DNA of 64,000 nt, taken from Macrostomum lignano. Taxonomy: Eukaryota. Below, in pieces: positions 34,601 through 46,654 of the stretch (position 1 is the first letter of the stretch; every line of letters begins with the position of its first letter). The notes under the pieces were generated by a model that saw only the letters and a program-made list of their open reading frames with translations, did no database searches and was not told the origin of the DNA. The position numbers and the translations under genes are program-made. Location of the stretch: contig NIVC01002760.1 in the NCBI GenBank assembly GCA_002269645.1, positions 78,602 through 142,601 of the forward strand. The letters are read 5' to 3'.

Positions 34601-37600
34601 CACGGCCCTAGGGATGGAATAGTCTAGATTGTACATGCATGGCTGCAGTTCCAGCTGGGAGAGGATAGCCATATGCATGTGGAAGCAAGGGGGAGACAGA
34701 TTGGTATGCAACCGTTCCGGCTGAAACATGTTTTCTCCATTCGCGCAGATCTTGCCTGCCTCCCTCCCTCCTATCCTCGGCTGCCCGAACGTTATACTGG
34801 ATATTCGAGACTTGGTCACGGAGGAGGGGTGGACTGCATGGGCCCAGTAAAATATGCGGATGGATCATCTGCAGGGCTCTACCAGCGGGGGATTTTTTGT
34901 TCAGGGAGCTGGGGGGAGGCGACAAAAGTTCTGGGTTAGCCATAGCCAATGAACGAGGCTTGAGGCTAACACCGGGGGAGTGGGGAGAGGATTATCGAAG
35001 GGCCGATCATCGATGGTTCGTGCTGCAAAAACGGATGGAGAGGGGAAGGGAGGGGAGAGCTGAATGGTCGGCAATTAGGGCAGCCATAACAGTCGCTAGC
35101 GTTGCTATACACGGCTAGCTGTATCCAACAGTTCGCGTGCGTGCCGCTGCTGCTTGCATAATAATAACCCCCATGACAACCCCTTCCTTACTCCCCCTGA
35201 GACTTGCTTCTGATTTCTAAAGCCTACAACAAGAAGGCCCCTTCCTACAGCCGAACACTCACTGCGTAGAGCGCAGTTGTTCTCTTCCGTTCCAAAAAAG
35301 TCTTGCAAGCAATAACCGGTGCTGAGTGCTACTGGAGGAAGCTTTCCAAATTGACTATAAGAAAGCGTGAAGCGCTACTGCTCCGAAAGAAGAATCGGTC
35401 TCTGTCTCCTTGTTAATAGTCAGTCATGGGCGTAGGATGCATTGGAAAGTAAGTAGCTCAAGTATGGACTTTGATTTTTTTATAATTTTTTTAAGTTCGT
35501 TGAATATAAGTTGCCTTCCACGACACCCCGTCAATAATTTTAGAGTTCCGATAATGTACATCGCCAACAAGGCGGTTCTGTGGGGCTGTTACGCCCTCAT
35601 AATGTCGTTAATTCTGTTTGGACTTATTGGTAAGATCAAGCTACATTAAGATGAACTGCTTTTTCTCCATATTATCAAGGCTTAGCATATTGAGCATAGA
35701 CTCACATCGATCATCGAGGTCAAACTAGCAATAGTAAAACCGTCCGCTATTTCCAGGAAACATCCTGTCCTTCCGCATTCTGGGCTACAACAAGTCGCGC
35801 AGAAATCAGTCCAGCACTTTCTATTTACGAGCTTTGGCCGTGGCGGACTCAGGCGCTCTGATCTTGAACTCGCTGCTGATGGCGCAGATGATGATGCTAC
35901 GACCAGCGATACACCTGCACCCACTGAGCTTATTGTCCATCATGCTGAACTCGTACCCGATGTGCAATGTGAGGATGTACTTGTCGCGTTCGACCACACT
36001 GATAGCGGTGTACATTATCGTGCTGTTTAGCATCGAACGAGCTCTGGTAGTGATCAATCCGTTTCGCTGGATGAGATTCTTCACTTTGCGCAAAGCAAAA
36101 TTAGCGGTGATTGGTTTGACGCTCATCAGCTACAGCATCTGCATTCCTGCAATGTTCAGCTTCAACAAGGAGAGCTTCAACTACCCGAAGCGTCTGTACA
36201 ATGTGACCACGAATAAGACCATTGTGGCTCCGACACTCCTGGCTATGGCGGACTGCTCGCGTCTTAGACGGGAGGGCGTCAACGGAACTGGCAGCCTGGT
36301 GATGGAGGAGCCAATGCCGATGCTGGGCATTCTCGCTCAGCTGGCGTTAAACAAGGAGAGCATCCGGATAGAGGGCAATCTTTCCACTGTGCACCGGATG
36401 CTGCTCAACCAGAGCAAACAGGAACGCGGTCTGATGAGACACATCGGACTGGAATGCCAGAGCATCGCCGAGTGCCGCATCAATTTTCCAATTTTCAAGC
36501 CTTTCATCATGTTTTACAATATTTCCATATCCCTGATCCCATTTATCATCACTGGAGTTTGCAACTTGATCATTTTAGTGTCTCTTCGTAACGTTGAGAC
36601 AAAAAACCTGCGCAAGTCAAAGCCCAATGAAGAGGTTCAGGATCGGCAGGTGACAAAAAAGTTAATCATCGTCTCGACGGCTTTCGTGGTGCTGAGCTTT
36701 CCGTTGGCTCTGTTTCACTTAATTACCGGGATAATGCGAGGCAGTTACTGCAGCACCTTTTGGTCGAACTACCTGACTATAGGTCTGACCCTGAGCTCCT
36801 CCAACCACGCCGTCAATTTCATCATCTACTGCATCAGCGAGGAGCAATTTAGACGGCTGGTTGTGTCCGTCCTGATGTGCAAGCGGCACCGCCTCACCAG
36901 GCTGCTCAGCTACATCAACGAGCCGAGGAATCGAGGCGCCTGTGGCGGCGGCAGGGCCGGAGGATACGGCGCGAAAGGGCGCAGCAGACGAGGCAACGTT
37001 GGCACCACCAACACTGGCCCGGCGACTGCAACCACCGGAACTGGCTGCCGGAAGATGTCCACCCCGTACACAAACATCACTAACTACAGCACAAGCCAGA
37101 GTCAGAGTCAGTGTCCGGACCAGTCGGAGATGTCAGTAACGGATGTCTTGGTGCACCAGCCGGTCGAGAGAACACCAACGCCACCGCCGCCGCCGTCAAC
37201 GCCACCGCAAGAGCCTCCGCCTCAGGAGACGTCAAAGACGAAAGAATCGCCCAAGCAACGTCAAAAGACGCTCTCATTTGCGAAGCGACTCAAAGCCAGA
37301 CGGCGTAACGATGAAATTGTAGCAGACGATGCTGTTGAAATCCCGCACGACTTCAAGAACTGCAGCCTGGTGCGGGACGACTGGGCGAGCGAGCTGTTTG
37401 CCGACGATGTTGAAGACAGTCAGTTGAGGGCCATAATGGCACGCTGGAGTGAAATCACACCAGAGTGACTGGACTACTAGCTTTCTTAGCCATGTTTCCT
37501 GTATTCTAAGTCCATGGTCAATAGTCACTTGGCAGAAAACTTTCTGTGCACAACTAAATCCCCCCAAAAAGCATATTTATTTATTCTACAATATCTAGAA

Positions 37601-37700
37601 AACTCTATTGCCGTTGTAAGTTGTTACGCGGCAACCTTCTCTCCCAGCTGAAACTGCAGCCATGCATGTACAATCTAGACTATTCCATCCCTAGGCCGTG
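34601..37700. mobile_element. Candidate non-autonomous CMC (Chapaev/CACTA-like) DNA transposon carrying a GPCR gene
   Basis: TIRs at 34601-34663 and 37639-37700 (cacggcc(c)tagggatggaatagtctagattgtacatgcatggctgcagtt(c/t)cagctgggagag) differ by 1 indel and 1 substitution. Termini are CAC...GTG. Flanks are TGAA / TGTA (4 bp, 1 mismatch). No transposase inside. Confidence 0.65.
35426..37468 (+). CDS. Class A (rhodopsin-like) peptide-type GPCR, about 622 aa; join(35426..35448,35496..35629,35757..37468)
   Basis: TM1 LILFGLI|GNILSF is built across a phase-1 intron. Other motifs: TM2 FYLRALAVAD, TM3 PMCN...LFSIERALVV (ER for DRY), TM6 FVVLSFP and TM7 SNHAVNFIIYC. The first exon MGVGCIGN with a 47-nt intron is less certain. 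Confidence 0.88.
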
Positions 37701-37730
37701 TGTAATTTACGGTTAAGTCAAGACCATTTA

Positions 37731-38148
37731 TTTGAAGGCCTAATCTCTCTTAAAAATGTATTTGCAATATTAGGGGAGTCACATGAAGTCAGCAGGTGTT
37801 GGTTTTGAAGCGGATTTATTCACAAATCGACTCGTACTTTGCTGTAATGTGTTCTGTGGACGTATTTTTCTATTTGAGTTTGTTTGTATCCGTCTAAGAT
37901 TGTCCATGGTAAAGCCATATTTCATGTTATGCATTTTGCAAAAAAGTCCGTTTAGAGAACGCACAGTACATGTACTTTACTTTTCTCCACTTTTAGTACA
38001 GGTTAAACGGAGTTTTCCAAAAAAACTTTATGCATGTTAGAAGTGAGATACTGAAAATTCAATAGTATGCTAAAACTCGTTGATATGAAACAGAATAGTT
38101 CCTGTCTCACAATAACAAATATACTTTTAGTGAGATTAGGCCTTCAAA
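37731..38148. mobile_element. Probable MITE, TIR of about 30 bp starting TTTGAAGGCCTAATCTC
   Basis: 37731-37765 is inverted at 38116-38148. No TSD recognised. Confidence 0.5.
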
Positions 38149-38739
38149 GGAATTGTCTGTAGAATACCGGTGTGTGAGGTTCTGATGCAACTATATAGTG
38201 ATTATTTAGTAATCTATGAATTTCGCCAGTTAAAAATTGACTCCAAATCTAATTTAATTGACAGAATTCAGTTTCTTGTTTAAATTTTCTGAGCATAGAG
38301 CTTTGCCATTTCACAATATATGCATTGAATGTGTAAATGATCTGCAATATTATTTTTGTTGCAATAATGTTTTTAAAAAGTTCACTAATTCACTCTTTGT
38401 TTGATAAAAAATATCCATTGGCCATTTTAACTGTTTATAATGATCAGTTCATAGCTCGTAGATAAAGTCCCTGTGAGTTTACTGGACCAATTTTTTTGTA
38501 TAAAATGATAATGCTCATAATTAGACCAGTAATCCTGCAACACAGAACATTTTCCAACTTTGCTAACATGGTTAAACTATACTACTGAATCAGAATATTT
38601 AAGTAGTGTTTTATGTATTAAACTATGAGTCCATTTGTTAAAGTTTCTTAAATAAACTTTTGAATTAGCTTCAAAAATGCAGTTATTGGCAAACTAACAC
38701 TTAAATGAATCAAGTAAGACAGGTGCATGATCTTATTAA

Positions 38740-39538
38740 CAGTAGAAATACCAAATAAATTCCCTCCCTGGCAATTGTTTTGCTGCACCAGAACTGAGCA
38801 ATGCAGGCACACAAAATTCAAGAAAATGGCCAATTTTTTGTTGTGCACTTTCTCAAACAAGAATCAAGTTGCTAGCCCTTTGGACAGTTGAGATATTGGA
38901 CTATTCTGCTAGTAGGTTGAATTTTTCCCATAAGCGCCAGTGTATTCAGAATACCCCTGTTCGCCAATCAGCATTGCACCTCAGTGCAGCCTTGCCAAGC
39001 CTCCAAATTTCATCAGCACATCGACCACATGTGTCTGCATCAGCCCTGACTTCGTTGGTCACTGGCCTTCACCCAGCCGGAGCTTCTGGACCTTCAGCAG
39101 GTGGCAAAAGGTGACTATAACCACCCTGATACAAATTTCTCGAGTTTTGCTGTTTAGACATCGGCAGTGAGCAAACCTCAACTGCTGGACATCCTTAACT
39201 AGTCTCTCAAGCATTCAGTTATCACCCAGACGCCGTTGGCACCTTCAACAGGTGGCACCATTCGACTATGAACATCCTGTTGCAACTGTGCCAGATTTTT
39301 ATTATCAAGCTTGAACAATGGGCAAACCATCTGGCAGAATTGTTGAATATCTCGATGGTCTGCATGGCTGGTGACTTGACTCTAGTTTGAGAAGGTGCGC
39401 AGCAAAAAGTTAGCTTGTGTTCTTGAATTTCGTGCACCTGATTTGCTCCATTCTGGCGCAGCAAAAAATTGTCAGGGGGAGGGGGAATTCCCCCCTTCTT
39501 GATTCTGTGGGCGGAAAAATGGCTTGGTATTCCTACTG
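38740..39538. mobile_element. Non-autonomous DNA transposon with CAGTAG termini, TTAA flanks and subterminal inverted repeats of about 65 bp
   Basis: ttaa|cagtagaaataccaa ... ttggtattcctactg|ttaa. 38758-38823 is inverted at 39421-39489. Confidence 0.7.
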
Positions 39539-41084
39539 TTAATTTCCTATTGGACTATAATTGAAAATGGATAATTTAAATTCAAATAGTTTTCTATCAG
39601 TACAATATATTTTGATCACAGCAGTAAAACAAAATGTTAGTTTGTTAGTAAACAAAAGAAAGTGACTATAAATATAAAAGACAGAAAAATCAAGCAGCAT
39701 TTTTCAACTTAAACAACTCAATAGGCTTTAGGCTAAATAAGCCTAGGCCTAGTGTAGTTTACAATAAAATTTCTACAATGTTTAACTAAGTTAAATCTAG
39801 AAAGAATAGTATTGACTTTATCATTTAATTGGTAAATTTCATAATGATAACATCCAATTTTTTTAGCAATAAAATCCATGGGGGATGTTTTATTCATTTC
39901 ACAATATGGAGTGTGTATTTTTTTGATGTTCTGATGTTAAAAAAATTTATGAAGTTTTTTAAACTATTATATAATATGCTTGTACATACTACAAGGCAAA
40001 ATTTTAAATAAATAAAATATAATACCTTTTGCTAAATTAGATTTTCATTTTGAGTCATAGACTTTGTACCATTTTGTTACATTATTTATAACTTCTGCTT
40101 TGTTTGTATGTATCAAAAATATTAACATTTTTAGAGAATGAGAAATGTGATGGAAAATAATAGTACTTTTAGGGCAGCCCTCAAAAGTCATACAGAGGGT
40201 GCATGGGTTGGTGTGTTGAGAATATAGAAACAGCTATAGCAAGAGCAGCTAAAATTTTCTGATCATAATCAAGTTCTGGCTATTTCTTTAAAAATTATTA
40301 TGCTTAAAATTGTTTTTATCTAATTTAAAAAGATATGATAGAGCATAAAAATAATGGCTTGTCCGAACTGAGCAAGAAGCTGGGCGAATGCCAAATGGGC
40401 TGCTTTGGTTTGGTTTGGTTAGGACGTCAGCACTCATGAGGAGCCCTAATTCTGTATCTGAAGCAGAGAACTTTGAATAAATCCTTTATTAACTGCCCTA
40501 TAGCATTTTTTGCTCCTAAAGGGCCCATCCTTCCAAAATATTTGGTGTACAGTGTACACGAGTGTTAATTCGTGTTACAAATAATTGAAAAACATTTCAC
40601 TTAAATCCTTTACTGTAAAAATCCAATTAAGCACTTTACTGTAAGTTGCTAAAATTGAGCTACACAGATAATACAAAAATTTAAAGCAAGACGATGCCTG
40701 AAAAGCCGTTAAGGCGTTGTTCTTTTTTAGCAGCACAACTGTCGAAAACCTGTTAAGATTTAATCGGCCAAAAAAGTTTAGTTGAATTGCATCCCCGTTA
40801 AAAATGTGTTAGTAACAACTTCATAAAATGTATTGTATTATATTAACGACCAAAAAAGTATTTTAAAAGTTTTTAAAAAGCTTTATTGGTCTTTTAAAAT
40901 ACTTTTGCCGATAAATTAGCAAATATTTATATTTCTGTAGTTAAAGTAAGCGCATTACTTAAAAAGATCCTTTCCAAGAACCTTTGTCAGGATGCTTTTT
41001 AACGTTATATATTGTATATTCAGTGAAGAGGATTTCGAAGTATTGACATCTTTTTATTCTTTTCTCCTATATGTAATTTTCAAA

Positions 41085-44000
41085 ATGGGACGCTTAAACG
41101 TAGATATTTTGCGCTATTTGTCCACAGAAGAAATGCGAGTCCTAACAGCTGTAAGTTTGCTGTTTGTTCCTAACTTCCTACTCTACTTTTCAACTAAATA
41201 TATATGTAATAAGATTTAGATAAATTTCAAGCCTTCCTGTATGCTAAAATCCGTATCTAATAATATGTTTCAAAATATATTTCCAACTTGTATTTACAAC
41301 ACAAACCATATTGCTAAAAAGATATTTTTTGAAAATAATTTTTAATATTATTGTGGTTAAATTTTACCATAAGCACAACTGTTATTTGGGTCTATGAGAA
41401 TTTCCAGTAGGAGAGGTTTGGCTAGGCCTATGCAAGCTTTTTTCGCAGCAAGGTTTTCCCACTCCCCATACTCTGGATCATATAGTATATGCCTGAAAAT
41501 TAGGCATGCATGCATAGTTGGCATTTACTGTTTTTTAAGTGTTTATCATTCCTAAGAAAATATTAGCCTAATGCATGCACACCTGGTATGCACTTTATAC
41601 AATCACGTGTAAGAGTTATTGTGAAATAGAAAAAAGATGAAAAAAGTGTCCCAGGGCTCTTAATTGTTCTTCTGTTAATCTTACTCGCTGCCACCAAGTT
41701 GTAACAGTGATTATTGTTCTCTCTAATAAATCCTATCACTTAGTCACTAAGTTGTTATAGGGCTTAACTTCTGTCTTTATAAATGTTGGTAGCTGCCATC
41801 AAGACTATTCTATTAATAAATTATAGGTTTATTAATCTTAGAATACGTCTGGGTATTTAGTCTATGTTTTTAATCTGAGTATTTAGTCTGAGTATTATTC
41901 TTAGAAAACTATTAGCTCTTAAAGATTTTACTCCTTGGTTATTCTGGTTCTGTTATTCTGGTAGCATTCTACTTAATAATTTGGCCTGAGCGGTATTTTG
42001 GCTTACTAGTATATATATTTCATGTACTTTGCAAGTCCTTGGGTGTTACAAGATCAGAGGGTCACAGCCTCTAGTTATTCTTACACGCATTACTTCAGAT
42101 CTACTTTGTATATTCTTACTACTCAACTCTGCTAGTTCTCAGTAGTATGTACTGTATACACTTCGGTCTACTTTGCTCTTACTTCTTAAAAAGAATTAAC
42201 ACAGGAAAACACTTCTTCAATTATATTTTTCTTGGAACTCCTATTCTTTGCTATAACTGTTTCATTAGTGAACCGCAATGTGCGAGTTTGGTTCTCCCTT
42301 TGCTTCTATTTTTACTATTTTTACTTGTAGATTAAAACAAAAATTGTATTCGTAAAATTATGAGAAATTATGAGAAAATCGTATAAGTTAACAAATTGTT
42401 TACTTAGTTTTTATCCACAAATTTGAAAGCATTGTTACTTGTAGGATTATAAATTGCCCTGCACAAAAGTTCATTTTAAGTGTAAATTTCAAGCTTTCTA
42501 GCTCTTTTTTCAAGCTTGTAAAAGAGCATTTAAACAAATCTTTGTGTGTATCCCATAGTCCAGATCATGTTAAGTGCACGCTAGAATGCTTTGAACCAAT
42601 GCATGCCAGTGCCAAGCAAATGTACACTAAACTAATATATTACAGAAAAAAACATACAACTTTTTACTTTTAAAAATGCCCTTCAAAAAAACAAAGACTT
42701 CAATGTCTTTTAAAACTTTTGTAACATCCAAATATACAATGATTTTTTTGGCACATTAAAATTTATTTGTCATTTTTCAATAAAAATAAGTATGAATTAT
42801 TGTCTTTACAAGACCATATCTTTTCACAAACTTTTGTCTCAACAAAACATGCGCCTCTATCATGCCAGGCCACATTCTACATCAGCTATTCTATGTCATA
42901 ACATGCCAACATGCCACTTTTGGCATGCAATAGCCACAATTTTTAGGCCAAACCAAATGCATGCCAATGTATGCCTTCTGGAGTATGGTATGTATCAAAT
43001 TTCTACTATAGATAGTATCACCAAAAAAGCTTAAAAATCAACCAAATTAACTGCTTATTACACAATTTAAAAAAGGTCACTTATTGTTGCAACACTGGCA
43101 TAATTTTTAGAATAGGTGTGTGCACTAATTTTTTTTGCATGCATTTATAATTATTCAATTTTTGTTTGAGAATGCACTTAGCATGATCCAGACTATGGCC
43201 TGCTCCTGCATGAGCTTTTTCCATTGGAGGTTTTCTAGCTGAGCCTTTGCTGCCAAGATTTTCTTATAGCAAGGTTTTCTGCAAGAGTTTTCCTTGCCAA
43301 GATTTACCTATAGGCCTAGGCCATAGTTTTGATCATATATTAGTGTATGCCAGCTTCGGTAAAAGAAAAAGTATAGGACCATGTTATACTAAAAAAGTTT
43401 TCATACACATACATGCGCAACCTCCAAAATTTGGTCAGCCATGCAACTTAGTTTTAATAAAAATGCAACATCGTTTTTGGCCAAAAATGCAACGTACATG
43501 TAAAAAACCTTTCAACTTCAATTTGGTATGGCAATCAATGACTTTGCTGATGTTGTAATTTGCAGCATGGTCTTGAGTATCAAAAAAGAAGGGGTCCCAA
43601 TGCTGCCAAACTCTATGCTCTCAGTCACTCTTATAATTGAGGCAAATGGCATCATTTGATTGGCTCTCTATCTGTCATGTTCTAATCAATGGAAGCATCC
43701 ACTTGAACTTTGCTCATAGCTCAAGCATTGAGTTTGATTGGCTGTTGTTGCAATTGCATAGTGAAGTAAAAGGTTTCCACTATAGTCTCTGTGAATTAAA
43801 ATATTACTATTTGGTACCAATAAGTTTCCTTTGTATGAAACACATTCAAAGCTTAATGCACTGTCTTAAAGCCAACAGGCTCATTCCATATAAGATGGAC
43901 ATATTTGGAAAATAGAAAAAAGTCAATATTTTTGCTTGCCATTGCCTAATTAGCCTATTTTTTTACCAAATGTTTATATTGTGCAATATATACAATCTAA

Positions 44001-46644
44001 GAATAAAGGAATGGTAAAATGTTGGATTAGTATGTTATCAATTGGCAAAAAGTCATTTTTGTAAAAATTTGGACATTTTTCAAAGCAAAAGACATCATTA
44101 AGATTTTGTACCTTTTAAAAACAAATAGAAAGCTTTTGAAGGTTGAAACAAACTATAGATAAAAGTATAGTACTTGCATCATCAGATAAAAGCATTGGTG
44201 ACCAAATAATCTATTATATTTTTAATGTATTAGTACCTCAAAGTTACTGAATTGACAGAAAAAAATATGTTACGACCATAATGTTACGACCATAAGGCTG
44301 CCTTTTCTTTTGTATCTTTGTTGCCTTTTGAGTTTATATATTCTAATAAAAGAGTATGATTTCTAAAGATGTTCTTAGTCAAATTTTAAAAATGTATTGC
44401 AAAATATCAAAAATGAAAAATGTTATAAGACTTTTACCTTTTAGTTTCTATATGTCAAAAATCCTGTCGTTACGACCATAAGTGTCATTTAAGGTTTAAT
44501 AGCATCTATACTAATGATGATATCTATATGAAACTCTATAAATATATTCTAGACAAAATAATCTTTCATTTAAAATATTGGTTTAGTATATTCTATTATT
44601 AGATTTCATTTTATAAGTAAAAATAACCTGTCATGTTACGACCATGCTTATATGGAATGAGCCAACAGTAGTACTAAATAAGCTAATTTAATGTAATAAA
44701 GTAGAAAAATAAATTTAAGAACATATACTATATTTTTTATTGAATTAAAACACACTAGTTTCATTGCAATTTAGAGCAAAGTCTAGAAGCCAACAGGCCA
44801 ATTGTCCTGCAACTTAAAATAGTATGGATCCCAATACATGGACTGATAAACTGCCTATTCTTGCAGACCTATTCATAGCCAATTGCCAGAAGCCATAATG
44901 ACTTCAAATTCTAGACCTAAGTAACCTGGGAACATCTCACTGCATATCTTAACTTCATCAATGGGCTCTTTGACTTCTGGCAAATGCCAGTTCTCGTGAC
45001 CAACAACCTTTTTGAAGGCACTATGCAAACATACATTCAGCTGCAGGTGCACATGGCACTGTGTGTGCTGCACAATGCGCTTAGCTGCTAGCAACTCTGT
45101 ATATCTCTATATTGATTTCAATGTTATTGGAGCCAAGCAATGATAGGATGGCAGCCATATCCATGACCGAAATATCAGAAATCACAGTATGTTTTGCACT
45201 TCACCTTTCTAACAAAGGCCAGTCAATGTCTATAGACTTGCCAGTCTCAAGCCAGCTGTCAAGTAGTGGCACTCCCTTGAAGATATCACTGGGAACAATT
45301 GAATTATAGCACTCCTGCAGTTAAAAGTAATCCTCAAGATGAAAGCCATTTGATCTGGCCAGGAGATGCTTTACACTAGGAATAGGGTAATCCTCAAACT
45401 TAATTTTACATTCACATGTATGCTATAATCAGCACACATTCTGAGTATCCATCCTTCACCCATACAACCAGAGAGAAGTTGCTTACCAGGCCATCCATAG
45501 GCTCAATCACACCCAGTTGTTGAAGTCTTTCTAGCTTACTGTTCACCATAGACTAAGTCAAAGGTAGGCCTATTTAACAAGGAGTGATAAAACAATGATC
45601 AAGTGTTAGTAGCTAATATTTATCTTAAAAAAACAAATAAAACCTGTAAATAATAGACACTCAATGCTTCATACTATATATCAGTACAGTATATTAGTAT
45701 AAGTGCCAGACATGGTATAATATTTATAGTATATAGGATTAGCCCTATATTTAATATTTTAGGCTTTTAATATTCTTGTCTGAATATTTAACTCATTGTG
45801 ATCATAGAATAGTATTTAGCATATTTCATTTTTTGCCTATGCTATATTGGTATGATAGTGCAGAAAATTCTAGTTGTTAGACTCTGTCCTAGTTAATCTA
45901 TTTGACCTTCTTATTTATGATCCTTGTTGATAAGGCTCTAGTACCTTTAAGTGTCCCTTAGCATATTTTTGTTATACCCTTGATATATCTCTACAATTTT
46001 ATTTGTCCCAATATAATAAGCAATAAGTTGGGAGAACTAACTTTATTATCCCATTGCATATTTAAAAACCAAAAGTAGTCTAGATGAAAGTCTAGTGGTT
46101 ACCTTCAAAGAATAAACCAAAACATTTTGAGTGCTAGGACTAGTATTCTATTAGCACATTTTTCATTACAAACAAATGTCTTCTACATAGTCTCAACTAG
46201 TTTGATATTGAATTTAAGCCATATCTTCACAAATTAAAGAGTAAAAGTAACAAATCTGTAATATTCAATTAATGCTAATAACTTTGTTATAAAAAGTGAA
46301 TACCAATGAATTTTAATTTAATGATGAGCACTGATAAATGAACTTGATTTTTTATATTTAAACTGTCCTTCATTCCTGACTTGAATTGCAAAGCCCTAAC
46401 TCATTGACACATGGCTTCTCAACAATGCAGGTTGAAATGGGCATGAAAAATCATGAGTTTGTACCAGACAAATTGGCCAAAGCCATCTCAGGCCTGAGAT
46501 GCTCAGATAGTGGCGTGCTCAAAATCTGTCGCGATCTCTGTCAAAGACGACTGCTCAGTCATGTTGATGCTGGCTACAGATTGACGGTTGCTGGATATGA
46601 CTGTCTGGCACTGAAGGCGCTGGTTAACTCTGGAAAGCTGACAG
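41085..46644 (+). CDS. RIOK2: Serine/threonine kinase RIO2, 5' part only; join(41085..41150,46431..46644), continues beyond the window
   Basis: MGRLNVDILRYLSTEEMRVLTA|VEMGMKNHEFVP...GYRLTVAGYDCLALKAL matches the RIO2 N-terminal winged-helix domain. GT-AG sites are present. Confidence 0.92.
42553..43198. mobile_element. Probable MITE, about 26-bp TIR CCATAGTC(C/T)(A/G)GATCATG(T/C)TAAGTGCA
   Basis: 42553-42578 is inverted at 43173-43198. Related ccata..ctggatcat motifs occur near 41465 and 43320. Confidence 0.55.
43878..44663. mobile_element. MITE, 17-bp TIR GGCTCATTCCATATAAG, 4-bp flanking duplication AACA
   Basis: aaca|ggctcattccatataag ... cttatatggaatgagcc|aaca; internal gttacgaccat repeats. 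Confidence 0.75.
45340..45555 (-). pseudogene. Degenerate Gypsy LTR-retrotransposon RT fragment
   Basis: Manual translation gives VNSKLERLQQLGVIEP...VWVKDG/RMCADYSIHVNVKLSL/DYPIPSVKHLLARSNG with frameshifts, matching the Gypsy RT N-terminal motifs. Confidence 0.7.
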
Positions 46645-46654
46645 GTATGTTTTG

